From positions 14,074,001 through 14,138,000 of the forward strand of contig CM060731.1 of the NCBI GenBank assembly GCA_030704615.1: a stretch of 64,000 nt of DNA, written 5' to 3'. This DNA comes from Takakia lepidozioides. Its lineage: Eukaryota > Plantae > Bryophyta. Numbering within the stretch: position 1 is the first letter of the stretch; each line of letters starts with the position of its first letter. Both the position numbers and the translations under genes were made by a program. Below are positions 38,996 through 52,449 of the stretch, piece after piece. The notes beneath the pieces were generated by a model. It saw nothing but the letters and a program-made list of their open reading frames with translations. It had not been told where the DNA came from and did not search any database.

Positions 38996-40082
38996 TCAGT
39001 TCTTCTTTTTGGGCCAGAATTCAGAATCCTTCTTGACACGTCTCACACGTTCAAGCACACGCTCAGGCTTCACATCGCCCGTGACAATCACCTTTTTGGT
39101 CCATTGATCACATTTCACTTTCTCAACACCTGCACATAGTCATCATGACATTCTCAGTCAATCACTAACCAGCCCAAAAGAAGGGAATTGATTGACAGTC
39201 AAAACAAAATTGGTACCCCTGGTTAGGCTGTTAGCTTCCCCTGTTTTCAAAGCAATCTGGCGTGCTTGTCAAAGCCAACATTCTACAATGGAGGTGAAGA
39301 GTAAGCATTTGTGAAGAAGACTGACTCGCGAGCACTTACACAAAGGAGGGATCTACCAAGTTTCTCACTGTGACTATTGGTGACTACCTTGGAGCAGACT
39401 TAGAAAATAACAGTTGGTCATACAAGATGTTCCTAACAATTGGCTTGCAAATAATTATTCCACTTGAAAAAACGTAGCATAGGAGTTGACAAAACTCACC
39501 GTCCATGTCCTCCAGCACTGCCAGGACTTTGTTTTCGCAGTAATCGCAGCAAAGGGACACCTTCAACTCAACAGTCTGCAGCACACAACCATGGCAGAAT
39601 TTGAGGACAGAACATAGGTTGTAACATCTCCGCCAGTGAAAAAATACTTCCATTCTAGCTTCGAGCGCTGCCTGCTTCAAAACAACAGGAAACAGACCCA
39701 GATGACATATTCGAAAGCCTACGAAAACCGTAGGCTACCGGTACAGAGATCAGGTGACATGGGGGTGCCATACCTTCGGCTTCGCTTCCTCCTTTTTCTC
39801 CTTTTTCGTTTCCTCTTTTTTGGCCTCACTCCCTTTGGAATCCTTCTTTTCATTGAATAGCTGCGCACACACGGAAACAACAACTACACTGCTCAGCAAC
39901 ACGAGCAAATTCAGATCAAGCTACATTGGTGTGAGTCAAATACAATTCAACACGTCAAATTTGAGAGGCACTCTGCAGCCTTCACAAGAACTTACCTCAC
40001 TCAAAGGCACCAGTTTGCGATCATTTGGAGAGTAAAAAACAGGGTAAAACGGCCTGGGATCGTAGAAGTAGTTCCCCGCCAT
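38996..40082 (-). CDS. HMA domain protein (CCxxC), short, no CaaX
   Basis: Exons 40082-39996 (MAGNYFYDPRP..LVPLSE), 39860-39774 (LFNEKKD..KPK), 39575-39500 (TVELKVSLCCDYCENKVLAVLEDMD), 39129-38996 (GVEKVKCDQWTKKVIVTGDVKPERVL..SEFWPKKKN*). Mostly missed by the ORF track. Confidence 0.88.
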
Positions 40083-40619
40083 TGTGCCTAGAATGGCAGA
40101 TCTAGTATGAAGTTGATTCCAATACAGTCACAGTATGAAATTGAAAGAAACAGACAGATGGTGAGTTGGTCTAGGGAAGGTAACGTCGGATGTTTGATCT
40201 CTCTCTCTCTCTCTCTCTCTCTGACTGATTGATCTCAAGTCTCAAATTGGAACGAAAGATGCTCTGTGTCTGCCTTCTACCTCAAGCCAAAATCTCTTTA
40301 AACCCTTCTCAAGGTAGCGTCGCTATCGTGTTCCCCCTTGGAAGGATCGCCTGCAACTTGGGAGAATTGCTTGTGGAATCCTGCGTTCCTCTGGAAATTT
40401 TTAACAAGAATCTTTGAGAGACAAAGTAGGAGCCAGGAAGTTCTCATAACCGAGCTTTGCAATTCAGTACGCGCAAACGCTGCCGAGCTTGATTCGAGGT
40501 CGTCCGCCATCCCCCCTGAGGGCCCACACGGCAGTTGTTCGTTGTGGACGACTGAGAGACCGCTGCTGCTTCCAACAACAACACAGTCCCCAAAACAAAC
40601 CCAGTCCAAAAGTCCACAG

Positions 40620-40760
40620 TCTTTCCTTTTTCTTTTTCTTTTTTTATTTTTTAAACAGGGGCTGAGGCCGTGCAGAAATTTATTAACAAAGACTGAGGAA
40701 AACATAACCTCAGGAAAACCTTTTTCTTTAAAAAAAAAAAGAGGAAATCCTTCTTCAACC
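40620..40760 (-). mobile_element. L1-like 3' tail / SINE tail copy
   Basis: Reverse complement ggttttcctgaggttatgttttcctcagt..ttaataaa..cccctgttt plus A-rich tail; closely resembles 6930-7008. Confidence 0.55.
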
Positions 40761-42212
40761 AAAAGAAAAGAAAAAAGAAAATGTTCATCCATATATAGAT
40801 GGACGAGAAATAGTCAATCACCCAAATGCAATCAACTGTAAATGGGGCAATAATCATCCATCGATGTGGAATATATACCTCTTACGTGGGTAGTCTCTAG
40901 TAATACAACGCCGCTTACAAATGGTCGTGGGTTCAAAGCCACACATGATACTATGCCCTAATCATTGTGATATATATTGGATGTCGAAATGACACAGTAT
41001 GTTATGCATGTTTCAGTCTTCCAACTCTCTTCCAATTTTAGCACGTTACTTCCACTATATATTTCAGTTCTCTTCAGTTTTATCCCTTCACATTTGTTCC
41101 TTCCATTTCAATTTTTTAACTACCAATATGAAGAAGGTGTTGACGTTGGTTGTCAAACAAACCTGGTAAAAAGTCCTATTTGTCAAATATCCAAATGGGA
41201 TGTTGAAAAAAAAATCTTGGATTTTTCTTTTCCCGATGCATGACAAGTGGCAAACTGAAGTAAATGTGAAAATGTGAAGAAAAACCAACATTTGTAAATA
41301 GGTTTGTCCAACGTTTCAAGCTAGAGGGATTCTTTGGTCACATTGGACCAGTCACTCTGCAAGAAATGGTCACATTCATGCGCATGTGGACAACAAATGC
41401 CTTGATCTGGTATACCATGCATTGTAAGAACCCTAACCGTTTACTTGTCACCCGTGGTTCCTAGCTAATTATGAGCAAATTGTCCAGCAGTGGAGTGATC
41501 GCATCATCGATTTAGTGTTCGATTGCTTGAATTACTAGTTCAGCTTTTTTTAATTCTAATATCAATTACATTCATGTTCGCTTGGTCTTTCTCTTAAACT
41601 TAGGCCCTTTTCTAACGAGCGGCAGTGGAAGAGAGCGTCTCACACGCTTTCTTCCACCCACTTTTCCAATGAAAAGTGACACATAGGCAAGGGTGGATGT
41701 TGCAACAAACACACGAGTGGAAGTTGATAGACACGCCGTGGGTGAACAATAGTGGATTTTCTTGATGGATTTTCTTGATTTTGTGGAAACCATCGACAGC
41801 GTAGATCTCCGTAGTGAAGAGGTGCGTGAAAGAAGTTTGAGAAGAAGGAAGATGTTGGTGGCCCTGCATTTCATGTCACGACACAACCTTTTAGAGGTCC
41901 GCAACACTTCAAGCCGGAAGTGCCTGGAAGTCTTGCGGCTTCCAAAACCTTCCACGTCATTAGACACGTCAACTTCCTTTAGAACCAGTAATTAGTGGCC
42001 GGTTTCCCCTCTACCAATGGTCGTCTCCCATTCATCTCGATTGCCTCTCGTGTGCCTATGCCCTTATAAGAGAGACGTGATTGCTTCTGTCTAGGTATCT
42101 GTGCGAACCATTCTAGCCAAATAACCCCACCATGATCAACACGTCCATGTTGAAGTTTATAACGAAGTATCTGATTCCATACAACAACTTGGTCGTCTAG
42201 TCTAGTCTCTAA

Positions 42213-42932
42213 CATTGTTGGATTGGTATGTAGGGTACGGTCGGGTATCAACCAGGGTATTGAATAACCGGCTGGTATTGGCAATTCCAATACTAGGGCT
42301 AATAACCGGACCGGCTGTCCAATACCCGTATTATGCGCGAAAACAAGGACTATACCATGGTGTAGATATGAAATGGCACATGCCATAGGTAAGCGAGTGC
42401 ACATGTCAGGGGGTGGGCATGTCTAGCCATGTCTAGCCCCAAGGGACCACTATTCTTCATTTTTTAGCACATGCCTGATGAATATGAGGACCCCGTTGCA
42501 TATGTTGCATATGTTGATGATGAGGGTTGCAATCAGTCTTCTTTTAACTAAGCTTGCTTCACTTTGCATACTAAAATCTGCAACGTTATTATGTAATGCA
42601 AAGTCTGAATTTTTCAACATAATAATTAATTTCCTTGTGAAATCAAGTATGCTTCTAAATTCAAGTAAAGACATATTAATGATTTAGTGGTTACTTTAAT
42701 TTTAGTTTTAATTATTTATATCCAGGTTGATGACCAGCTGGTATTAGATTGGAATACCCATCCTATTGATACCCGTCCGCAAATAAAAAATCATACTACT
42801 ATTGAGAACCGGCGGATATTAAAATTAAGTGAATCTTCCAATACTATGGAACAGGGTAGTATTGAAAATTTAATTTCTTTTCAATACCAAGACTTGGCTG
42901 GTATTAGAAAAAGTGATACCCGCCCAACAGTG
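42213..42932. mobile_element. hAT-like non-autonomous element
   Basis: Imperfect TIRs cattgttggattggtat / atacccgcccaacagtg, flanks gtctctaa / gtatgtaa (6/8), ccgg/ggtatt subterminal motifs like those of the 15975 element. Confidence 0.5.
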
Positions 42933-45042
42933 GTATGTAATAGGACATAACCTCACAGGAGATGTTGGGTCGATTGCAAGAAGATAGGAGCACACATGGT
43001 TGGTGTAAGTCTGCCGGTTCTTTATTACATCCTCCTGCACTCTGTGTATCAGTTACTTACAGCATAGGTACAACACTGATCACTTTATTAAATTGCCTAT
43101 CAAGCTGAACGAAAGACAGACAAATGCTTTTGAGAGTAGCCTACACAATCTGCACAGTCCATGGATAGAGCTGAATTTGCCCGACCTCACACGTTGTCAA
43201 TCAGTTGAGAACATGCCAGAGTGTATAAAACACCTGAGAATCCTCAAGTGTTTCTTTGGTGCCTAGCCCAGTTGGTTTTAGCTGACAGAGCTGGAGAGCT
43301 CATCTATTGAGGGTGGATCTGTTGATAGTCTGCCAGAGTATGAGGAGCCCACCCCATTCTGTTGGGTAGGTGATAGAGCTAGAAGACTTCGACCTCATGG
43401 GGTGAGGATGGATTGGCAGTCTATCGGGGACATGAGAGTGTTCGAGTTCAGGCATTCTTTCAAACACTTGACCTACATCTACCATGCTCCCACAGTTCGC
43501 ATACATGTTGACAAGGGCGTTGAATAAAAATGCATTTGGCTGAATCCACTTCACATAATGTGGTTTTGTACCTGCTTTCTCATTTGAATTCCTGGTTTTC
43601 ATGCACTCCCGCAAGAGACAGACATAAGTAGTGGAATGTGCCCGAACGCCATCTTTGATCAAAATGTGAAGCGCCTCTCTCAGTTGCGCTGACTGACATA
43701 GTTTTCTCACATCCGGAGGAGTTTTGTTGACACCATCAAGAGTTCTCGCTCGAACCTGTCTTCTGGCAGCTGGCGCTGCTTTACCTCATGACGGTCCGAG
43801 CAACCCTCCACCCAAAGGCCTCATTGCAAAGGCCTCATTGCTTATGGCTTCAAGTTTGGTGATTTGGACTTTTCTGTGAAAATCACCAGTGGGCAGCTGA
43901 TAAGCCATGATTGCTTCAACCACAATACAATTACTAGAGTTCCAGGCATCCTTGACAACACACTGCAAGGACCGCGCTTGCTGCTTTCCGTGACGTAGAG
44001 GAAAATTTCTTTAGCATGAAGGACACCCAATTCAATCCAGTCCAGTCCAAGCTTTAGTCACTAGCCTTCCCCAACATAAAGTTTCAAGTCCTACATAGTG
44101 ATAGCCTCACATTATCAAAACTCTTGTCACCACTGAAGGACTCCTGCCAGACTTGTTCCTTGCTCTTGCAATATGAGTAGCTACTAGCTACCTCGAGCGA
44201 GGGAGGTGAATATCCAGATTCTTGGTGCACATCATCGACAAATCGATTTTCGCTTTGGGAACCCGAAGATATGGGTACCAAAACTGAAGGTTTTACGAGG
44301 GTTGATCACATTTGAAAGTTTGAAAGGAAGCTGTTCTAGGAAATCTTATCATTTGTTATGTGTTCTAAGAAGGGAAGCATCAAACCCTAGAAAGCAGTGC
44401 GCTCACCAGAGAGCTGAGTCCCGATGGGGCCCTCGGCAGCTACGTGATCTTCACACCAATTTGTCAACCAACCTCCCCGAGAGCCATCATCATTGGACCC
44501 TGAGGACTTCACAGAAGAGAAATGAAATGAAATGGTGCTTTATAACGTCCGCGGAAAGCTCATAGAGGTTATGGGACAAAATGGAAGAAAACATGAGAGA
44601 GGAACAAATCCAGAAACCACAATTAATGTTCTAGCGATTGTCTAAGGGTGAAGGCCTCGTGCAGGTAGGCTGCCAAGCATTTTTTATCCTCATAGTGGAA
44701 GACATCAGTGAGAGTGTGGGTTCCACTGAATAAACAGTGGAATCTCCCACGGATCTCGTAGTATAGAGGGCAGTAGAAGAAGAAGTGTTCTTCAGTTTCA
44801 ATTTCCTTGTTGTGCCCTATGCAAGCTGGACATAGGCGGTCCTCCCGTTGCAGGTTTTCCCATCTGCCAGTCTCTATCCGTAGGTTGTGGGAACCCACCC
44901 TGAACCGCCCCAATGCCCTCAGGAGGGAAGGAGATAAGGGTGTTGAAAGGTAATTTGGTCTCAAGATTCTATCATCGCGGAGCACCAAGAATGTCTCTCG
45001 ATAGAAGTGGAGCTTTGTCGTGAGATTGGGTAGCTTCCAAGT

Positions 45043-48000
45043 CTCCTTCTCAAAATCGTCTGGTGCATATTCCGGAAGTTCGACGTCCCTTATCATCCGC
45101 ATACAACTTTGCCTGTGGGATTTCGGCGAGAGAGACAAGAAGAGTTCCTCAGCAGTGGGTCGGATCCCACAAAGCCCACGGTGAACTCTGCATCACCCAA
45201 TCCGCACTTGCTTGCTTGAAGCATCCCTTTGCTGCAAGCTCTGCAGAAGAAGAAGCATTGAGACAGTTCCCGGGGTATGGAGGCAGTAGCAAGCGGAGCT
45301 CTGCAGCAAAGGAAGAGTTTGGAAGTTTCAGAGGTGGTAATAATACCCTTCCCCTTGTAAGGGAAGTCCATCCTACGACAAAATTATCCCATATTGATTG
45401 TCGGGAGCAGGGAAGAAGAAGGTCTTGGAGTCTGACAAGCGTGGACACGAGAAGTACGATGAGCGGCGTCGCCAGACCTCGGCAAGGCCTGCAACGCCGC
45501 CAACTTAGTGGAGGTGTTGGCAGTAGCGACAGCGGTAGCAGCGCTAAGCGAGCAAGCGGCCGCTGTGCAACAGTGGACCCCACGCCGGTCAGGCAGCCTC
45601 GATCGGCTCGTCCCCCAGCTCGTTCAGCCCCGACGCCGTACAGGCAGCCAACTCCAGCCCTCACCACAACCCCTTTACTACCTACTCCACCATCCCTGGC
45701 AGTTCACTCCCCAAAGCAACGAGAGGTACTGAACACAGCCGCAACTGCTCCTACTGGAAGATTTGCTCCTCTTGGAAGACCCCAACGCCAACGTACCCCT
45801 ACCCCTAGCTCACATGTTCCTGATGCGCACCAGAGTCCAAGCTCCAGACACCAAGTTCAAGAAGAGTCGTCATCTTCACAACAGTCTTCTCCACCGCTGA
45901 TTCCAGTTTCTTCCATTGGCGCCCCACCGACCGAAGAACTCCCACAGTGTCTGTTGAGCCCTCCCCCGCTGCGCCTCTCAGGTAGGGTTCGAGGTCCCAC
46001 ACCAGTCACTTCTCCTCCAGGTTCTCCATCCCATTCTCGGCAGCGGCTTCAAGGCAGCCCAACTCCTCTTGGCACTCCTTTATTGCTGCTGGCCGTATCC
46101 CTGCCCCAGTGGCTCGTCTCCTTGGGGCCTCCAGATTGTTGGCTATGAGCAAACCCTCAAGTACTGGCATCCGCCCTATCACAGTTGGAGAGGTTCTTTA
46201 CTGCCTTGTCAGCCGCTCACTTTGTCTTCAGTTTCGAGATGCCTTCTCCGGACACCTCTTTCCGCACCAGTTCGGGATCGCCACTCCAGGCGGTTGTGAG
46301 GCAGTGGTTCAGGGGATTCGTGCAGCTCTTGATCTTCATCCGGATTGGGTGGTTCTCCAAGTCGACATCACCAACGCTTTCAACACTGTGTCACGAGCGG
46401 CTATCTTTCAGGAGCTCCGTTCAGCCGGAGGAGATTTCCACCAGCTCATTCCGTTTGTTTGATTATTCTATGCATCCACCACTCCCCTATACTACAGTCA
46501 TCATTCTCGCCTAGGTGAGTGCTCCATCATTCAGTCCGAGGTTGGGACCCGCCAAGGCGACCCTTTAGGAGGACTTTTGTTTGCCATGGCTCATATCCGC
46601 GCCCTCACGGCTTCTGCATAAATTCACTCATCTTGTCTTTTTCCGTCGGTGGCAGACAACACGCACATTGTAGGCCCTGCCTCACAGGTACTTTCAGCTT
46701 ACTATCATTTTGTCACCCAACTTCTTACCGTGGGCCTTTCAGTGCAACCTCGCAAATGTGCAGTGTGGTCTCCGTCCGGTTTCCTTGCAAATTTTGTCCT
46801 CCCTACTCACTCCATTGCTCCGCCCAATGGCATCAGAATCCTGGGAGTCCTTTTTGGCACCACCCAGTTCACAACGTCCTTTTTGGAAGATGCACTCTAC
46901 CAGGATGCCACCCACGCCGATCTCCTTCATAGGCTCGGAGATGTACAGGTAACATATGGAATCTTGACCAAATGTTTCCTTCAGCGTCCCTCATATCTCT
47001 TGCGCACTGTTCCACCCAGCCCAGATTTCCTACACCTCTTATCTGGGTTTGATACTACCATGATGACTATCTTCGGGAGATTGTTAGGACCAGGAGCTCT
47101 GGAGGGTGCTCAGGGACTTTTGCCACAACAGCAAGCCACCTTGTCCGTCTCTTCCGGTGGTGTGGGTCTTTCGTCCACTGTCACTACCGCCCCGTCAGCT
47201 TTCCTCGGCAGTTGGGCATTGGTGGCGCCAGCCCTCGCTTCACGATTTCTCTGTGACCATCGTCTCATCCTTATGGACGTCGTTGCACATGTCAACAGTG
47301 CATTTTACCCTTCCAGCAGCATCTCCGCTCTGCACGAGATCTTCTTCCGGCACCGGCGCGAGCATGTCTATTTGAGCAGTCTTGCTCAAGGCCTCGACCA
47401 TCTTCAGGAGTCCATTTCCGAGCGCGTGCACCGTCATTCTTTTTCCGGCATGCTCTCAAGTACTTCTTCTGAGTTGCATCGAGCCCGACTTCTATCATGC
47501 GCAGGACCCGTAGCAGGGGCATGGTTGACAACACGACCCACTATCGCACATTTTCGTCTCTCATCCCCTATTTTCACTACTGCGCTCCGCCTTCGACTCG
47601 GTTTGCCTCATCCTTCGGCATTGGGCCTTCAGCGTTGCGTCTGTCTTCAGCCCATCGATGACCTTGCCATCCATCTCCTCCGTTGTCCATGTGGTGGTGA
47701 GCGCACTGCGTCTCATGATATGGTTCGCAATGCGGTGGCATCTATTGCTCGGGAGGCAAGGCATCATGTACTGCGTGAGCAACCACATCTACGACCTACG
47801 CTCACGTCCCACTCTACACGCCGCCGTGTTGACATCGTTCTATCTAGAGATGGTTTGCGTACCTTAGCAGATGTCGTTCTCGCCGACCTCACTCGAGCGG
47901 ATCTGCTATCTCGCGCAGCTACCACACCAGGCACGGCAGCCACTGTAGCAACCTAGGCCAAGGAGCGCGATTACAGCGATTGTCACCCCACCGACAGATT

Positions 48001-48503
48001 TCTTCCACTGGTGGTCGAAATATTTGGCTCATTGCATCGGCACTTCGACGATTTCCTGCGGACATGTGCACATCATGCAGCCAAGAGCGGGTCCACTGGC
48101 ATCCCACATGCCTCCGTCCTTGTCGCCTACTATCGACAACGTGTTTCTGTTGCTTTGCAGAGAGCACAAGCCATCTCTATTTTGCATCGGGCTGATGTGG
48201 CTAGCTCCGCGTCATCTCGTCTTCCGCCTCTCCCTGACACTTTGTCTATCTCCTTGTCTGATCTCCTCCAGGCTGTTGGCTGGGAGGGTCGCTCTGCTTG
48301 AGTAGTTTACTATAGCTTCTGTTTTCGTCGCTGGTTGAGTAGCTTACTATAGCTTTTGTTTTTTTTCTGTAGCTGAGTAGCTTACAATAGCTTTTTGTTT
48401 TCTTCTCTTGTTTCTTGTTCCTCCCCCCCTTTTTGGGAACTTCACATCACGTTCACCCATTGTACATGTTGTAGCCTAAATAAAGTCTTACAGGGTTTCA
48501 TCA
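45043..48503 (+). mobile_element. CRE-clade-like non-LTR retrotransposon (RT + CCHC + restriction-like endonuclease)
   Basis: RPITVGE, QFGIATPGGCE, VDITNAFNTVSR, GTRQGDPLGGLLF, GGVGL, GAWL, CVC..HLLRC, HDMVRN, RVDIV, KERDY, FLPLVVEIFG. AATAAA then a tcatca end; TSD ttccaagt at 45035-45042 and 48504-48511; a few stops. Confidence 0.85.
48299..48405 (+). repeat. Three ~37-bp tandem units in the CRE 3' UTR
   Basis: tgagtag(c/t)ttac(t/a)atagcttt.gtttt starting ~48299, ~48336 and ~48374. Confidence 0.8.
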
Positions 48504-50768
48504 TTCCAAGTTCTCTTGACATGTAATTCCATAAGCTCTCTCCTAATGAGTCTGTTGCGGTCATGTCTGGATGTGATGTCCACCTCATCTGGGTTCATTG
48601 GTAATAGGAAAGCAGTAGAAAGTCCGTTACGTTGAAATAAACTGTCCACTCGAGCATACCAGGAGTTCATGAAACCTGCAGCTTTGAGCCTCATAGATGT
48701 TGTGAGGGCCCTTGCCACTAGCCCTTTGGGTGGAAGGGCCTGCAATCTATGGAGAAAGATTGTAAGCCTGAAGAGGGCCTCGGATTGCAATGGTACACAT
48801 GCGAACTCTGCACCTAGGATCTGAGATGGAGTTGTGCTCCTGGCGCCAAGCATTGCTTGGAGAAAAGATGACTGTAATGGTTCCAAATTCTTTTCCCACC
48901 AGGAGACAGGGACACCAGGTGCCCAGAACTCACAACCATGGATGGTAGCAGGGCCGACAACGGTGTCGAACAGCCACTTTTTGGTCGGGGGATGCCGCAG
49001 ATGTATTTGCTTGCATTTGGCCTGAAGGCGGACGGAGGCTGCCTTACCTTTGGTCAATCCGTCCAAGGCAGTGGCTGCAAAGTGAAACTTGGGGGAGTGG
49101 ATAACCAGACCCAGGTACCGGTATGATTTCACAATCTCAACTTCCTGCTGGTTGAAGATGAATCTACGATCAGCCTGGCCATTGAAGACCATGATCTTGG
49201 TCTTGCTAAGATTGACTTGCATCCCATAGTCTTTGCAGAACTGTTCCAAAATTTTGAGATGGCGTTGCAGGAAGACCGGGGATAGTGCCAAAAGGGCAAC
49301 ATCATCAGCGTAGAGGAGATCTGATTGCGTTGGTCCCCCATCCAATGGTACCCCAACCCCATGGTTTTTTGATATGTAATTCTCCAAAGCGTCAATGTAG
49401 ATCCCGAACAGGGTAGGTGAAAGGGGGCAGCCCTGTTTGACTCCGATGTTGCTGTGGACCTCGGCTGAGAATTCACCAGCGACGTGGACCATGCCAGTGA
49501 CAATCTCAAACATAGAAGAGATGGCACAAAGGATGTCTGGAGGGACTTCCACTCTATGGAGCCGTTGGAAGAGAAGGTCCCGAGGAACTGAATCAAAGGC
49601 TTTGTGAAAGTCCACGAAGCAAACATAGACCATTCTTTTGTCATAGCGTGCACTTTCCACCATAACCTGAAGAGTGAAGAGACAAACTTGTTCTACTTGG
49701 TTTGCATGTCTTTCGTTTACGTCCGGCTCTGCGTACTTGACTTCAGATGCGAGGTTTCTACTGTCTTGCACCACGTGGGACGGCGAGCTTGTTGCTCTAC
49801 ACTCTACACACAGCGAACCACCAGAAGCAGCATGTATTAACGGGCTGTATTGTGGGTCGGTAAGTTCTGCATACTTTGATAAACGTGCTTTTGTGATCTC
49901 CTGAGACACGTGGTAAAAGTAGCATTTCTCAAAGTGGACTAGTGCAAAACAATCCTGGATAGGAACATGGCAATCTCATTATGATAGGACGGATCTGTAA
50001 GCGTACGGGAGCTTGGGGACTTGGAGGTTGCCAGGCCGAGCATTTGCAGAGGGGCGCCATGTGCGACTTTGCGGGATCAAGGAGTCAACACCAAAGTCTT
50101 CATTTCTTGCTAAGGTCGCTTCTAAGATTGTCTTGACTCTAATGTCTTTGCTGTTCCTTCATGCGTACTGGACTACTGTGAACATCGTTAGTTCTTCATC
50201 TTCTAGCAAAGTTTGTCTGGTGCAGGTAACCTTTGAGCCAAATATTCTTGACAAGATTGCCAATTCATCTCAGTTGTCAAGGTCACAGTGTCTTACGTGA
50301 TTTCTAATTGCCAATTAATGATGTGGATTCTACAGTAAAATTGATCAAACCTGTTGTCCCACCACTGTGAAGAATCTGACGAGAACTTCGGCTATGGTTT
50401 TTCTTTGCTGTTTTCTCAAGCGTGCAAGAACTACAAGTTGCATGCTGTATTGTAGGGCGAGGATAGTGTACACCCCCATAGCAACCATTCCCATAGCATA
50501 CTCAGTGGAACTGAGCTTCTCACTCAGTATATTGGTGGGCTCAAAACGATCAGGTCTTATATAAGCACATTGATTTCAATTGTGATTGTGGAGACTGGAG
50601 ACCAGGATGCCCACAGGTTTAACAGGTTAGAGACATAGTTAGTTTTGCATGTCTTAAGTTACCTGGTTGTTGATTTATGGCAGGTGGTAGAAAATTTGTA
50701 TCTCCTGCATCAAATCAGAGATTTCTTTCTCCACGGGCACCACAGTTGACTCATTCTATCCTGCAACC

Positions 50769-51628
50769 ATGAGATCCCTCGAATCAGCACATACTGTGTG
50801 TGTAGCATCAATGCAGAACATGCCTGTCTTCACCACATCTTCTCAAGGCATCTTGGGTTGTCCTCGTAGGGCTCCAGGAGGCTTCACTGCTTCCAAGCCT
50901 GTCCCTGGGCTGAAAGGTTCAAGAAGGTGTGGGATGTACTCTCCTTTTCATTTCCAGAACAGCCTTACAGTCAGATTTGTGTCAATCAGTTTCACGTCAA
51001 ATGCGGGGCTGTGGGGACCACTGGAAGAAGATGAGGGGGATTGGCAAGGAGGGTACCTGGAGCTGGAGAATGAGTGGCCATGTCCACCTGGCGTTACAAT
51101 CAGCAAGACAGTTCCCAACAGAAGCAAATGTCCAAAAAGCCGAAATACAGAGGAGGACAAGCTATGTAACGAATACTTTTCGGATCCCAGTGAATGGTGG
51201 GACAATCTAGACGATAAGGTGAATTCCTGTTATGCCACAGCAGAAGCAGACAACAAAGCTGCATTGAAAAACTCTCAAGAGTATGCCGTAGCCAACACTT
51301 TTCCAGTACTTAGTTGCTTCCTCTCTCTGTTACAGACATTCATTGAGCAGAGAAACTAGTGTCTGCTAGGCAGAGGTTGGATATTTGCTTTGTAAATTCT
51401 GGGTGGTCATTGTCAGCTGCTGTTGCCGAAAGAGAGGATCTATGCATTTCTCGAATTTCTCTGTGGAGGCAATAATAGCTGAAGCAGGCAGGGACAGCGG
51501 GTGAGTGCAGATCCATCATGGAGGACCAGATGTCAAGTGCAGTACTACCAATGAGGCACTATGGTTTGAAAGCTACAAGAGGCTTGCATGGGTAGATGTA
51601 GAATTGAAGAAGCTGCAAGCAGGTAGGG
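50769..51628 (+). CDS. Upstream exons of the PPR gene: putative transit peptide + OSB-type PDF motif
   Basis: Exon 50769-51218 (..LCNEYFSDPSEWWDNLDDK|gt) and exon 51511-51622/51628 (ag|IHHGGPDVKCSTTNEALWFESYKRLAWVDVELKKLQA). Phase 1 is compatible with an acceptor at 53544/53545 of the PPR exon; the junction is inferred. Confidence 0.62.
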
Positions 51629-52449
51629 GTAAGTATCATAAAATGCTATGAGATAAATCAGGTGATATGCAGAGTGCTCCTTACTTTAGGTATCAATGAA
51701 GGATAAATCTTTCATAGGGTCTTAATCCGTTTGGGTTTAGAATGATTATTGGATGCTACCAGCATTGTCATGGTGCCAGTTTGGTCAATTATCTTCCTTG
51801 TTCTTCACATGGTTAAACTTGTTTCTTCATCTGTCAGACGTACCAGGAGATAACTGTGAGTTTGCCCCTTTTCCACGTCCCTGCCGCCTCCTGCCTGCTT
51901 CCTTTTCTTTTGGGTTTCACATGAGGGTTTACTGAACAACGGTCTACTATCTTTGCATCATGGGCTTTGTATGTAAGTTGGCTTGTCTGATGAGTCTCTG
52001 GTGGGTCTGATGTTTTATTTGAAACATGGGGTTGCAGGCAAATATTCAAAAAGTCAAAATAGAGATGAGGAGGAGCTTTGGAACCCCAGTCATTGGTGGG
52101 CCAATCGAGGCTGTAAGGTGAATGCCTGTTATAGTACAAAGAATAAGATGCATTGAAAACACTTCTCAATAAGTAAACGATGCTGTACAGTCTCTCTCTT
52201 TCTGATGCTTGTGTGAAGGGATTTCTAGGGGAGATCTGGAAAGCCTGAGCCAATTGTTTATACGAAGTCAAGTCCCACCACTAGAGTGAGCCCCTCATGA
52301 AGGTAGTGTCTGTTCCCTCTTGTTCTGCCTAAACTGGTCGCTGGATCTACGGCAAACAACGTCTCATGAGTACACACTCTCTTTTTGGATGTTATAATGT
52401 TGTTTTTTCTTGCTTTTTCTTTCTCTGTTTGATGCTGTTTGATCTGTTA

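Larger units (their letters stand above)
44521..49675 (-). mobile_element. 5'-truncated RTEX-like LINE split by a nested CRE-like element
   Basis: RT in open frame 49675-48504 (FVDFHKAFDSV, GVKQGCPLSPTLFG, LLYADD), continuing 45042-44623 (HNLRIETGRW..); tail at 44521; TSD gaagaga at 44514-44520 and 49676-49682. Confidence 0.9.
43300..50060 (-). pseudogene. Decayed PDF-motif + PLS-PPR gene interrupted by nested retroelements
   Basis: PPR start DGVNKTPPDVRKLCQSAQLREALHIL..TYVCLLREC..NALVNMYANCGS (43740-43450). Degenerate PDF halves at ~44160-44111 (EQVWQE..FDN|gt) and ~43873-43780 (ag|KSPN..LK..NEA.LWVEG). The 5' part resumes beyond 49682. Confidence 0.65.

Noticed and set aside
48488-49909. 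473-aa ORF that looks like a host-RT fusion protein
   Set aside because: Chance in-frame junction of PPR-pseudogene sequence with a 5'-truncated LINE (TSD at 49676-49682), terminated by the CRE insertion.
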